Part shown: positions 25,871 to 39,319 of the stretch, in pieces
Layout: every line of letters starts with the position of its first letter
How positions within the stretch are numbered: the stretch's first letter is position 1
Translations under genes and position numbers: made by a program
Source: Lama guanicoe
Taxonomy: Eukaryota
Assembly (NCBI GenBank): GCA_013239625.1
Contig: MU053083.1
Span: forward strand, 1-64,000
Direction: 5' to 3'
Length of the DNA: 64,000 nt
The notes under the pieces: model-generated
Told to the model about the DNA's origin: nothing
The model's input: only the letters and a program-made list of their open reading frames with translations
The model's database searches: none

Positions 25871-28800
25871 CACAGGGCACTGCGGTTGGCAGTGATGATG
25901 CTGTGAGGCAGATCGAGGTGAGTAGAGGAGGACCTGGTGCCTTGGTGGGGGGGTGGATGGGCCTCCAGTGCAGGCCAGACACTCCCCTGGCCTGAGTCTT
26001 CAGGGCCCACAGAGCATGTCCCCTCATGAGAAAAGCAAGGAGGGTCTGTGCTGTCCCCGGTCCCACACCCCTGTAAATGTCCCTTGGTTCCTAAGGGTAA
26101 CCGTACTTTGCTCAGTATTGGGGACAGTGAGGTTAGGAACATTGGTGTCGAAAAAGTCCTGGGTTTAGGTGGGTGAAATGCAGGGAAGATGGCAGATACT
26201 CCCTTGGCCTCCACCCCCTCCTCTCCTAGTCCCCTTTCTCTCAAGGTCACATCCCCCATCGTGGATTCTTACAGCATCTGTCTCTCTCCTCCAAATCACC
26301 TAGCATGGTTGCAGTTTTACATTTATCGTGTGGTGATTAGCTCTGTGTGTCTTCCTGCTCATGAGACCCCAGCGTCTATGGGGACAGGAACTGCTGTGCT
26401 CACGTTGTGTCAGCAGCACCCACTCTGAGCTCAGCGCTTGGTGGGTGGGCAGTAGGTAAGCAGATGGGTGGATGATGGAGGCTCCCTGGGCGCAGGGGTG
26501 ATGCAGGTGGGAGCGGACAAGCAGATCTGATGGGGGTTGACGGTGATGCATGAGAACCAGGGCAGTGAGCTCCTGAGCACCTGTGGTTGGGGGTGGGGTG
26601 GGGCCAGGACCTCTTTGGAAAGCCGAGAACTGGGCTCGTGAATGAAGTGTCTCTCTGATCTTATAGCTGACCTTCCACATCAGCCTCTGAGGGGACCTTC
26701 AGGTGACAAGGAAAGTGAATGTTTATTGGTGCTATTTGATCAATGCCTGTCCCCCCACCAAATCCTAGGACCATGTCTCCTGTGCTCACTCTTCCAGCCC
26801 TGACACACACTGGCACCCACTGAGTGTACATGTGAAGACTGTGTGAAGGTGGGCTCTCAGGGCACACTTGCAGAAGTGTGGACGGAGGACACAGATGCTG
26901 GTGAGGGAGGAGGAAGAGGACACCTGGCAGGTAGAGGTCTGGACACCACATGCACAGCAGGTCCTTCCTCTTATGGATGACAGGAAGTCAGAGGCTTTGG
27001 AGCACAGGTCCGTGGTCCAGGCTAGTCTTACATGGTCCTCCAGTTAGAGGCTGTGTCGAGAACTGGTTGAGAGTGAGAAGTATAGTCAGGACGGCCGGGG
27101 TTCAAGTCCTGGTTCTGTCACTTACTGATCGTTACTTACCTTTCTGAGTCTGTTTCCTCATCTGGGTGGGGGTGACTTTACCTGCCTTGGCACAGGGCTC
27201 ACGTGATTGAGTTCTGGACTATTACCATCGCTGTTGGTAGAGCCAGAGTGGACCTTCCAGGCATCCCTCTCCTTTCACAGATTGGAAAGACTCAGGCCCA
27301 GAGAGAGGAAACTGTGTCTCCAAAGTCATAATGACAGTTAATGGCAAAGTCAGGCCGGGGCCCAGTCAGCATTCTTTCCCTGTACCGCTGCCAGCCTTGC
27401 TTCCTCCTCGGGGCTGTCAGCGCCTCCGCTGGGGCTGTCCTCCACTAGCCTGCTGCCCCCAGCAGTGCACGTTGCTGGGCACGCAGAGTGTGCTTGTCAA
27501 AATGCTTCACTAAACGGTTGCTGGTGGAAGTCCCTCTCAGATGGATTTTGGTTTATTCCGTGGGTACATAGGGTCGACCTCCTGCTGGAAAGGCTGTCTG
27601 TCCAGATGTAAGGTGCCTTCTGCTCGGTAGTTTTTATTTTTAATTAAAGCATGAAAATGTGTTCCGTGACTGCCTGAGTTACCTTGGAGATGCAACAGTG
27701 TGCAATTACTTGGACACCAGAGGCAATTTGTTCCTTGAATTTGGCAATATGGGCCCACAGAACTCATCTGCTGCCTATGATGCTGGCTGTCTGTAATGGA
27801 TTTAGCATCATTTAATTAAGCTTAAATGTAATTGCATGATGTGAAATCAGTTTCAGCTAGCACCTTTAATCAACAGCCAGATGCAGGTAATAAAGGGGTG
27901 AGCCATACCTCTCTGCAGCCGATGGGAACCTGTCCCGGGTGGTCATCAAAAAGTTCCAAAACTTGGGGCCCTTTCTCCACTGCGTTCACCCGCGAGATGC
28001 CAGTGAGCAGGGAGAGCCTGTGGGGTCATGTTTGCTGCTAGCGGGCCAATTACTGACAGGGAATCTAGCTGCAGTGCTAGGCCAAGCAGTTAAGAATTTC
28101 TTGGAAATAGGTCAGATTAACAAGTTGGACATTTGCCACCTCTGAACCTGTTGCCTGCCAAGCTGTCTCCAGGCACTTAACGTTATCACATATGGCTTTC
28201 TGTTTTCCAGGGAGAGCCAGGGTGGGGTGAGGGGCTGCAGAGAGGAAGACTGTTGGCCAGGGAAAGTAGCTGTGGAACCTCACCTGCTGAACGAGAGAAA
28301 AGACAGGGGCCTGTCCACACCCACCCAGCCCAAGCTGATTCTCCCCCAGGCCTGGTTAGGAGCTCTGGGCCACAGTCAGGGAGCCTCGCTTTGCCCCGTT
28401 TTCCTCATCTGAGAAGTAAGGGGGATTGAATTAGAATGATGATTCCCAAATATTTTCCTGGGAACCTTAACCCTAGGCCATTTCTTAGGAAGATAAGGGT
28501 CTTTTGTCAAATAAATTCAGGAAATGCTCTGTGATACACCGCTCTTGGTGTTTGCAGGGTACGTTAACAAGCCAGTTCAGCATGTTTAACCTGGTGTCAG
28601 CATCCCATCCCCGCCCCACACCCACTTTTGTTGAATAAAGCCAGTTAATGGCCTTTGTAACTATTGCTCCACAAACCATACCCTGGAAAAACACTGGCCT
28701 TAATGATTCTTGGCAGTTCTTCCCTACTCTGACATTCTGTTATTTTGTAATTATGTGTATTTGGGTAGATGGATTTTAAATATCTGTAGGAGGGAAAAAA

Positions 28801-30040
28801 TTGCCTGTGAAAATGGTACAGTTATCTGTGTTAATTGAACAAGACCACATGTACATCCTGCGTGGCAGCCTCATCAGAAAATGAGTCCCACAAGCAATTT
28901 AGGGCCATTAGGAGGTGGCACATGACGTTGCAGAGGGCTCCCTTTCAAGCCTCAGATTTATGAAGCTCTCCGGCAGGCTTATGGCTGGGTTATCAGCTTT
29001 CCTGGGGGGATTTAGATGAAGGAATGAATAACAGGCAAGAAGAACCTTTGGGTGAAATGCAGGTTTTCTGTGGGGTGTCATGAATGGGCAGCAAGGATTA
29101 CCCAGGAGACTTTCACACCTGGGGTGAAATAGGACTCTGTGGGTGACTTAGTTATCAGTGACTCAAAGGCCAGGTGATATGTTTGGTATTTTGGGGTAAA
29201 TGAGGGTCAAGATCAAATGCAGCTGGGAGAGGCAGCTGGGTACCTGGGTAAGTTCTTATACTTCCCTGGGGCTCAGCTTCTTACCTGTACAGAGAAGGGG
29301 CTTAAACTGGAGGCACTCCTGGTTTTTTCCAGGTCAAAATTTGTTCCCTTTTTTTGTCATTTGTCCTAGCTTTCCACCTTGATTTACTTTTTTTACCCAA
29401 GTGGCAAGTGCTTTAAGAATGTAAGTAAGTTCAGTAACATGTTAGTATCACTGAGGTTAAGGTAAAGCACATCTACTTGGAAGCTTAGGGCCGAGCAGCG
29501 TCAGAGCCCTGCATTGCCCAGGGGGTTCAGCTCAGGGCCTGTTTCCGAGCCCTCAGTCCAGGTGCTGATCCAGGGTAATGTTTGTAAGTGGGGACTTCTT
29601 TCCAGGCCGTGGATGAAGCACTGCATGTGGAACTCTGCAGAAGGAAACTGCAGTCACTGTGACTTTTGCCTTCTGGTTCCTTATTCTTAACGGGTTATCC
29701 ATTCCTCAGCTCTCAGTTCTCGTGCTGCTCCCTTCACTTGGGAACCCTCCCCTCCAGGTACTCTGCAGCCGGCGGAGGAGCGCCCCAGAATAGAGAGTTG
29801 TTTTTAAAGCCCTGCTGATGATTTGGTCATTAGCAGGTATTATTGGTCTGAGCAACACTCTTTGGGCCCTAATTTTCACTTAGCGAGGGCATGAGAGGGC
29901 TAGAGCAGTGGCGGGGATGAAATGGGGCTCTGGGGAGGCCTGGCTTTGGGCTCCTTCGCTCCCCAGGCAGGAGGGGAGAGGGCGTGGCGGTGGGCTATCC
30001 TTCACGCCCCTCCTGAACCTTCCTCCCCTGTCTCTTCCAG

Positions 30041-30306
30041 CCCAAGGACGAGCACCTAAGCAACTTCTGCCAACTGCTGGGGGTGGAGCACGGCCAGATG
30101 GAGCACTGGCTGTGCCATCGCAAGCTGGTCACCACTTCAGAGACCTACGTCAAGACCATGTCCCTGCAGCAGGTGGTCAACGCGCGCAACGCCCTGGCCA
30201 AGCACATCTACGCCCAGCTGTTTGGCTGGATCGTGGCGCACATCAACAAGGCCCTGCACACCTCCCTCAAGCAGCACTCCTTCATCGGCGTCCTGGACAT
30301 CTACGG
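30041..30306 (+). CDS. MYO5B: MYO5B exon 10 (266 nt): [88 protein letters not shown](G)
   Basis: Acceptor cccctgtctcttccag, donor GG|gtaggc; FIGVLDIYG starts switch II. Confidence 0.97.
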
Positions 30307-30383
30307 GTAGGCCCCCCTCCACCTGCCGACGGCAGTGTCTTCCTCCAGTGTTTCAGAGCCAGGAGGCACCTTGGAGCCCTTGC

Positions 30384-30578
30384 TGGTGGTTCTCAATCAG
30401 GGAAGTGTGTTACATGAGAGGAAGGGGGCATTTCTGGTTGTCACAGTGACTCGGTCACTACTGGCACCTGGTGGCCTGAGGCTAGGGATGCTCAATGTCT
30501 TACAATGTGTGGAGGACAATCTGGAGGAAGAATGGATCCTGTCAAAAAACCCAGTAACTCCCCGACTGAGAAGCCCTG
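30384..30578. mobile_element. MER20-like hAT MITE immediately downstream of exon 10
   Basis: tggttctcaatcaggg...catttctggttgtcaca...ctactggcacctggtgg...gaggctagggatgct...ctgagaagccctg. Confidence 0.65.
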
Positions 30579-33500
30579 AATACATCCCTTTTTCCAGCTG
30601 GGAAACTGAGGCCCAGAGTCAGTGTCTTGCCAGGCATCAGACAGGGGGTTACTGTGGACTTAACATCAGGTTTCATATTTCAATTATGTTTTTATGTAAA
30701 TCTACATTCAACCTCATTCACTGTATCACCAATCAGTGTGATTGTTTTAACACCATGATTGTGCCTAGTGCTATACAGATGGATGCTGTGTGTGGTCCTT
30801 CCTGAAATTTCTCAGTTCAGAATCCTAGCCTAACGGAAAGGACTATTACTTATAAGAGTGTATCTTGCAGGGAGAGGCAACATGGTGGAAAGTGTACTTC
30901 ACTAGGCGTTCGCTTGAGCTTTTGACGCAGTGCTGTCACCAGCTAGCTGAATGGCCCTCTACAGATCACAGCCCTTCTGATCTTTAGTTTCCTTAGCTTG
31001 AAATGAAGTTTTGAGCCACAGCCTCTTTGAGGGTTTTTCCAGGTCCTTCTCGAATTGTTTGAAATTATATGTGCTGGGTTGAAACCTCCTTGCACTTCTT
31101 TTATGATCAATGTCCTGCCCTCTTTAAGCTAATAATAGATGAAATTCTCCTGGATCTTTATATCATAGAAGTCATGGCTTCTGTCTTAAAATAGAAATTT
31201 GGACCCATAAAAGTGCAGAGTTGTAAGAGCCGCGATGCTTGAGTAGAAACAACCGCTTCATGGGCCGCCGTGCCAGCGCGTACCTGGAGTCGAGGCTGCA
31301 GGAAAGGAGAGCCTCCTCCAGAGGCGGCCGCTTCCCCGGGCAAAGGTGTGCCGTCCTGGTCCCTCTCTGCTGCTCTTATTCATCCTGGGCTTCAAATCAA
31401 ACCATGTCACATGCTGTGGCAGCGACGCAGGAAGAAGGAAACTTGATTTTTGGCGTCACGAGTGCCTCCAGAACATGCTGAAGAGTTAAGTCGTGTGCAC
31501 GAGCTACAGGAGCCGTAGCAGGGGCAGCGTGAGGGCTTGGTCACTTAGCGCTGCGCCGCTTTACAGGCAGAAGGGGGCGTGCTTGTTGGCGCAGTCAGGA
31601 AGAGCTCTCTTCATGCGGAAGGTGAGGTTGGAGCTGTGATCTTTCAAAGAGAGGGTAGAACATGGGCGGTGGGGGAAGCCCTTTGGAACAGGATCACAGT
31701 CCCAGTGGTAGGAGAAAGTAGAGGTAAAAGGAAGCCGCCTCGGCGATGAGGAGCACAGTGCAGAGTGACCCCGAGGGGAGGCAGGCGAGGGCATCCTCTC
31801 CGGGCTCTCCAGGGCTCCAGCCGAGCGACGGTGGGCGCCGCTTCTCCTCCTGGTCCGTCTCGTGCCTGCTTTGGCTCAGCCTTCCGGTTGCTCTGGGCAG
31901 AGCAACGTAGGCCAGTCTGTGCACCCTGGGAGAGTCAGTAATTAATTCTGTGTCACTCTTCCCTCTGCCATGAGCACTTTCAGGTAATCGGGTTTCCAAA
32001 AAGCTCACCTTTAGTACTACCTTCTGGTGTAAGACCCAGAGAACCTCGGGCTGCATTCTCTGACCTGATTCTCTTCCTACCTGACTAAGTACCTGGGCAA
32101 GAATCTAGTTTTACTAAGTTTTTGATTTGGGAAGATTAACATGCAGACTTGTTGTTAATAGCATAAACGTGTATGATGACTGCAGTGTCACTGATACGCA
32201 GAGCATCACGCCTCAGTTCTGTCACAGCTACAGACCGTCCTCAGTGCCTGTTCCCAGGGCTCCCCAGTGAGAGGCTTCGCTTGTCAGTGGGGGCCCTCTG
32301 TGTGTTGGGCTCCTGGTGCTCCTGAGTCTGAAGGTATCAGCGGGGCGCCTGCAAACTGAGGTTTTGTGCTTATATTTGCCATTTAATTTTTATAGTTGAG
32401 TTTATTTTCTCTACAGTCCTGGCCTGACTGCCCAAAGGGGAGAAATAGATCACAGCAAAGACTTGTCTGTGCTTTGAAAGGCACACTTGTTCGTGGCTGG
32501 GTGGGGATTCAGAGAACTCCTCCTCCTGTTTTGGGTGCCAGCTCCTGACCTGTGTGTCTCCCTCGTCTCACTGTGGCCGCGGGTTCCTTTGAGAACACGG
32601 GACAGCTTTCCCGTGAGGACGGGCCCCGTCACAGGGCAGGGCAGCGCGGGGCCGTGTAACGCACACTCTCGGGGGGTTCCCTGCCCCCGTGCATCCTTCC
32701 GGGCCTGCTGTGCTCTTTTCTCTCTCTTTCTCTTTTTTCTTAATCCTTGTTCTTTCTCGGAAGCTAATTTGCTTTTTCAAACTTTAGCATAAAGCAGTCA
32801 CATTTAGAAAGTGATTCGCCCTCTTCCTGAGGGGAGAGAAATGCCACACGGTTCCTCCTGCGTCCGCTCACTGCAGCGTGGACTTTACGCCCTGCCGGCA
32901 GGGTTCAGCGCGGCAAGTTAGAGACGGGTAGGGTCAGAGTTAAGCAGCTGCCTGCCTGCCTGGGCTGTTCATTGACAAGGAAGCACTTACAGACGTCCCT
33001 GCATGTACATACGTGTGCTTCTCAGCGGTTCTGGTCTGCTGACAGATTGTTGTAGACATTTGGTTCACTTTTCAGGTCAGAGGGTACATAATGAACTCTT
33101 AGGAGATTAAAACCAGAAACTTCACCACAGGAAAGCAGGTGACTTGAATCTGGAGATACTGTTTGTGATCTATCAGGTCAGTGACATCATTTCTTAATCT
33201 GGGAGAAAATGACAAGATTTGGTGGAATCCGGGAATTTGCATTGAGCTATGTACTGTCACCAGAAGTCACCTGAAAGACACCAGATGGTATCTTTCAGAA
33301 ACTTTCAAAAAAGACACCTTTCAGAAACCCAGCAAATCTTTCGTTTTCAGTTATGTGAACGTGCGCGTCATGCTCGTTCCTCGCCGGTGTCGCCAGCTGC
33401 CTCCCGCTGCAAACTAGCTCTTGTCTTTAGGCTTTATTTACAGCATGACGATGGTACGTGATTCTCTCTGAGGAGCGTTTTATCTTCCATGGCATCAGAA

Positions 33501-34051
33501 AACTCCAGCGTTATTGTTTATTTTTTGAGTTTCCTACCCAAATCCCTGACCACCGAAGACTGGAAAGGAGACCGTCTTTCCCACTGTTTCTCTCGTTTCT
33601 CAGCCCCAGTCTGGGTAGACCTTGGAGCACATAGAAGATGCCCTTGGGATGACCTAATGTTTTTGATTTTCTTGCTCCTCCTTGTCATCTGTGAGCAGAG
33701 GGCATGTGGAAGCTGCAGAGAATAGGAAAGAGCGTGGGGACAGGTTTCTCAATACATTTAAACCCCATAGCTTGAGAGGAGAGGAATAAGGCATTATCTC
33801 CCTCTCTGAATTAGGTTAGAAATGTGCAAAGCTGGCAAATGAATCGCTGCCCCCTTACAACTAGGCGCTAATTACTTCAACTGGGGTAGCTGTCCCCAGG
33901 TTAGCTGTGGCGCCTAGCTAGAGAATTACTGGCTCACCAGTCAAGCTCATCCTAGAGACAACTGGGAAGGGGTTCTGTATCTGAATGAGTCACTCCAGAT
34001 TTTCCTATAAATGTTTCAAATGTTACCATAGAATCAGCAGCTAGAGTGAAT

Positions 34052-34053
<2 letters not shown>

Positions 34054-34093
<40 letters not shown>

Positions 34094-34100
34094 ATATGCA
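34054..34100. repeat. (CA)n microsatellite
   Basis: Directly visible AC run with a degenerate alternating tail. Confidence 0.95.
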
Positions 34101-34954
34101 AGCAGTGTGCACGCCAGCATCGTACACACATACCCCGCCTCATCGCGATGTTCTGACTGTAGGTAGTTCAGATGGTAGAAAAGGCTGTGAGCACCCAAGT
34201 GAATGGCATGAGCCTCAGCTGCCTCCACCCCAACTCTGGTCCCTGATTCCCCTGCTCAGAGGCCCTTCCCTGGGGCTTTTCCTGAGCAGTTGCAGACACC
34301 CAGTGTCCTTCCCTCAGAAGCATGACTTCCCTACGTCTTGCTCTCCTGCCCCCGCTCCTAAAAAAAGTACAAAGCAAGCAACACGCAGAGCAATTTAGCC
34401 AGCCAAGCCAAGCTCTTTTCCTTGACTAAGGATCTGTGACGCTGCCTGCAGGGTATTTCTTACTAGGCAGGGGTTGGAAATTAATTGGAGAAAGCCAGGC
34501 AGCTTTTGGCTGGGGTCTCCTTTTCATGTTGCATTAACCAGCATTTGCCTCTACAGGCTCGATTAATTGCAGTCGTAATCCTTTATTCCTCTCCCATCCT
34601 TGAGGTGACTAGAAATAAATAGCTCCAATTTGGGAAAAACACACATTTATTTGTCTTTGACTTGAGCTTTCAAAATGCCAAGGTCGGTGAGGCGTTGGCT
34701 ATGGCCAGCTCATTCTTGGTGCGGACAGCTGGCCTAGGAGACTTCTGGAGCAAGGTGCGGGTAGGTTCATGCCTGCCGCTGAGGAATGGTGACGGGGAGG
34801 ATGCAGAGGGAAGTTGGGACCCCAGGAAGCAGGAAATGGGGTTTGCTGGGATTTTATATCCTTCACAGCCCTCATGTTACTTTCTGTGTCTCTTGTGGTT
34901 TTGTGTAACTTTAAATTTGTGCTGAACTCTATTCAGTGCTTTTTAAATGATGTA

Positions 34955-35897
34955 TTAAATTTTTTAAATTGTAGTTATAAAATCACACAACCTAAAATTT
35001 ACCATCTTAACTACTTTTACATGTACCATTCGGTGATGAGAACTATATTCACATTGTTGTGCAGTAGATCTCTAGAGCTTTTTCATGTTGAAAAACTGAA
35101 ACTCTCTACCATTAAACAACTCCCCAGACTCCCTCCCCGCAGTCCCTGACAACCACCATTCTACTTTCTGTCTCTGTGATTTGGACAACTCCACGTACTT
35201 GATGTAAGTGGAATCATCCAGTATTTGTCTTCTTGTGGCTGGCTTATTTCACTTAGCATAATGTCCTCCGGATTCAGCCATGTTGCAGCAAGTGACAGGA
35301 TTTCCCTTTTTACAGGTGAGTAGCACCGCATTGTATGCATTGCCACATTTTATGTATCCATACACTGATGGACATTTGGGTTGCTTCTGCCTCTTGGCTA
35401 TTGTGAACAATGCTGCAGTGAACAAGGATGGGTGTGTGGTTACGTCTTCTTTTAAATCTTTTAAATAAATATATAACCAGAAGTAGGGTTGCTGGATCAT
35501 ATGGTAATTCTATCTTTAATATTTTGAGGAACCGCCATGTTATTTTCCAGAGTGGCTATGCCACTTTACATGTCTACCAGTAGTGTGTAGGGGTTCCAGT
35601 TTCTCCACATCCTTGTCATCACTTGCTTTCTGGCTTTTTTGATAGTAGCCATCCTAGTAAGTGTATCTCATTGTGATTTTGATATGCATTTCTCTAATGA
35701 TCAATTGTCTTTTCACGCGCTTCTTGGCCATTTGTATATCTTCTTGGAGAAATGTTTTATGTCCTTTGCCTGTTTTTAAGTCAAGGTATTTGTTTTTTGA
35801 TTTTGAGTTGTCAGACTTCTTTATATATTCTAGATATTAACCCTTTTTCAGAAATATGATTTGCAAATATGTTCTACCATTCCATAAGTTGCCTTTA
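34955..35897 (-). mobile_element. L1MA/L1MB-type 3' fragment (about 0.9 kb)
   Basis: agatctctagagctttttcat...aaactgaaactct...ggacatttgggttgcttc...gctggatcatatggtaattcta...tatattctagatattaacccc. Confidence 0.85.
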
Positions 35898-36736
35898 ATG
35901 ATATATTTTAAGTAAACTTCTTAGGCCCACCATTTGCCTTCATCATTTTGATGGAAATTCTTTGTTTCTTTGTTTTATTTTCTTGGTCTCACTCTTCAAA
36001 ATAGACTAACGGATAATCTTACAATTCCAATTTAGTTCTTGGGAGAAGACTAGCCATTTCCTCTCTATCCAGTGTGGAAAGGTTTCATGGAGAATAGAGG
36101 GGGAGATATCAGTGATTGCATTTACCCTTCAGCCTGAGAACAGTGACCCAACCCTGGATAGCCCAGAAGATCCCTGGACATTTCTTCAGAGTGGACATGC
36201 ATAGCTGGCCCCAGTGTTCTCAGATCCGGCAGATCACCCAAAGCAATTGGGTTTTCCCTAGAATCTCTAACTCTCCCAGGAGAGCCTTGTAACTTAGAAT
36301 GCTCTAAAGTCAAGCTTAACTCTCCAGAATTGCTCTGATGCAGCCCTTTGGAGCATACCTGGAGCCAAATACACTACATACACTTAAAGCTCAGATAAAG
36401 TCCCATTTTTCTCTGTCCATGCCAGTACCCTCATGAACTCACCCTTCTTAAAATCCTAGGACACACAAAATCTCTATTCCTTGGGAGATTCCATGTACTG
36501 GTTCCCTGTTGCCTTCCTAATAGCTCTGTTGGGCAAGGTCCATGACTTGCTCTTCTTTGTAGTCCTTACAGTTCTTGGGACAGTTGACTGATGACTGGGA
36601 GAGGGTTACCATATGGGGGGCATCTTCCTGTCCCACATGGAATTTCCAGGCACGAAGAGGATCTTGGGATTGAAGCACATTGCAAGCTGAATGGACTTAG
36701 GTCCTCCAGAAAAATAATTGTTCCTGACCTTGAGAT

Positions 36737-36794
36737 GTGAGCGATACCTAGGACCTTGCTCTCCCGTGAGTGATACCTAGGACCTTGCTCTCCC
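36737..36794. repeat. 29-bp tandem duplication (2 copies, 1 mismatch)
   Basis: gtgagcgatacctaggaccttgctctccc / gtgagtgatacctaggaccttgctctccc. Confidence 0.95.
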
Positions 36795-38504
36795 TGAAGG
36801 ACAAGTCCTGTGTGGGCACGTCCAGGCACAGAGAGAAGTACATGTGTAGAATTCCAGTCCTGCCATCCTGAGGTGCAGCTGGCACCCCAAGATTGTTCAG
36901 TAAAGAGTTCCAAAGGGTTGGCCTCCCTAACAGACTGCATGGTGCCCTCATGAGGTTTCATGGGCCTCAGGAAGGAAAGAGACCTTGAGAGGACTTCCTT
37001 GACTTTCAGTGATCATTCCCTGGAAGCCCCCTCTGTGTCTGACCTATATTGCATATCTCCTCCTCCCACCTTTGGTAAGAGTGGTCTTGGTAAAATAGAA
37101 AGACAAGGCTGAGCTAAGAAATTCTAGTTCCTTTGACCCAAGCTCCAGGGAAAGAACTGTTTCCCAGCCTTCAGAGCATCTCCTTGCTTCTCTGCTCTGG
37201 AGTAAGTGCTTCCTGGAGGTTGATAATTAACCAGAAGTGATGGGTTGACTACTTTTTATTGCAGTTTCGCTTTCCCACAGACACTGCCTTATTTTTATAG
37301 AGGCATTTGTATCCCTTACCCCACCCTGAAGTTGGGTAGAATGAGAAGGGAATCGTCTACTTCTGACTGTGTTTTGAAGATAGGAGAACATTGAAAATAG
37401 GGATGATAATTGTACCACCATGAGTAAAGAGCTCAGCTCTTGGCATCAAGTCTCACTCTGTGTTTTGACCTTCCTCCTACCCAAGGATTCTGGCCTAAAT
37501 AGTCTCAACATTGATTTTATAGAAGAAATCCAACTCCCTCTCATGAATAAATTTCTTTGTAACGTTTTAATGTTGTGAACTATAAACTGATCTATTGTGT
37601 TTATTTTAAAAAATCATCTCTATTGATGGTAAGAATGACTACAAATATAATTTCATTGTAGAGGAGAAGTTGCCCTATCTCCTTATCTGTGGCTTTCTGA
37701 GGTCAGTCATCTCAGACATTTTCCAAGCTACCCAAACCCCTCATTCATCCTTGGCCCTCAGGCATTATGGTAATTATACTAGATGGCAAAGGAATCGTTA
37801 CCAGATAATATCTTAGAAATAGGGAAATTATGAGCTAATTCAGACCGCCTCAAATTAATGAGAATGTTCTTTGTGGAGCGCTACCAAAGTAAACCTTTAA
37901 AAAAAAATGAGAAGTGGGAGATAAGAAGTCCTTTATCTGTGGGGCTCAGTACAAGCTCCAGAAGCGCATGCAATTGCTATCACCTGGTCAGTTGCTAGGG
38001 TAGCTCTTTTATCTTCTCTCTGGGTTTTATTAATTAAATTTCTTCTAGAGTTTAGCTGTCATCAGCAACCTTTCTTGGGGTGCACTGGGATTGTGGGGAG
38101 AGGAAACGAGGCTCTGAGAGACATAACTCCGTCGATAGGACTGTCATCTGGACTGAGAGGACTCCAGTCCAAGGTACTGACTGGCAGGCACAGTGCCTCC
38201 CTCCTGCATGGTCTGGAGGGCCTCCAGCTTGGACTTTGCATCTTTGATCGTGTTTTATTAACCTAGAATTATTCCTCTGACATGGGTATGATGAAAGGCA
38301 GTTCTTTAATGTGGTTGTCTCCAAGCAGTTGACTCCTTTGATCTCAAAATGATTCCCCACTTCTCCTTGTCTTATACCTTGGTGTGTGTGTGGCGGGGGG
38401 GCACAGGGGAGGAGAGAGCCTGATACTTCCTGGGCACTGAGCTGGCCCTGTTGCACTTCTGATGCATTTATTTTTGCTGGTCCTCTGCATAGGATGTTAC
38501 CTCT

Positions 38505-38541
38505 CCACCACCACCACCACCACCATCATCACCACCATCAT
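38505..38541. repeat. (CAC/CAT)n trinucleotide repeat
   Basis: ccaccaccaccaccaccaccatcatcaccaccatcat. Confidence 0.9.
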
Positions 38542-39319
38542 CCCTAACTCCACTAGGGGCAGCTTCAACATTTCTATTTGAGAGTGATAGTTAGGGAGAA
38601 CAATCTACTTGGAAGGACTGGTATAATTTTATATAAGACAGAAAATTCAGTTGTCCATATGCTAAGAGTGAGAGGGCTGGAGGTGTGAAGGCTGAAGCCT
38701 GTGCCCCCAGCCCAGGTCCCTCACAGATGTTACTGCCTTCCCACTCTCCGTGTGCTCTGACACTTCCTCCTCTGGGAAGTTATCCTCTTGTCCACAGCCC
38801 TTCCTAGTCATCTCTTCCTCCTTTTTTAAATGCTCCTTTTATTCCTGTCTCACTTAAGAATGTGGTCTCAGAAATCACTCTCTGGGTTCAAACTGGCTCT
38901 TCTGTCTACTGACTCTGACTTTGGGCAGGTTAGTTTCTCCAGCAGTGGAATGGGATTAGTAATAGACCCCAACCCTTGTTTGTTGTGGGCATTAAATGAG
39001 AGCTCATGAAGCATTTGGGGGCCTAGCCTTAGCAGGTGCTGACTAACAGGGCCCCCGCCAGCTCGGTCAGCCCATTGTGTGAATAAGAAAAGGGTACCGC
39101 TTCCTCCTAGATTTCTGCCCCTTCTCATCCCCTGGGCTCGATGCCTTGCTCTGCGTACATGGTGGCCCCAGTCGCTTACAGCTAAAGCTGCTGGTGCTGT
39201 TACAAATGCTCCCAGATTGGTGGTTACCACACCCATTCGGTTGTACAAGTGAATCTCACCTGCACAGCCCATTGGTCATTTAAAATCCTCTCATTTGTAC
39301 CTTCCTTAATGTCTTTAGA

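Noticed and set aside
29908..30449. Overlapping ORFs around exon 10 (169 aa, 75 aa, 61 aa)
   Set aside because: By-products of the extreme GC3 of exon 10, which depletes stop codons in the other frames
38505..38541. Poly-His coding exon from (CAC/CAT)n
   Set aside because: No flanking splice sites or coding context; simple repeat
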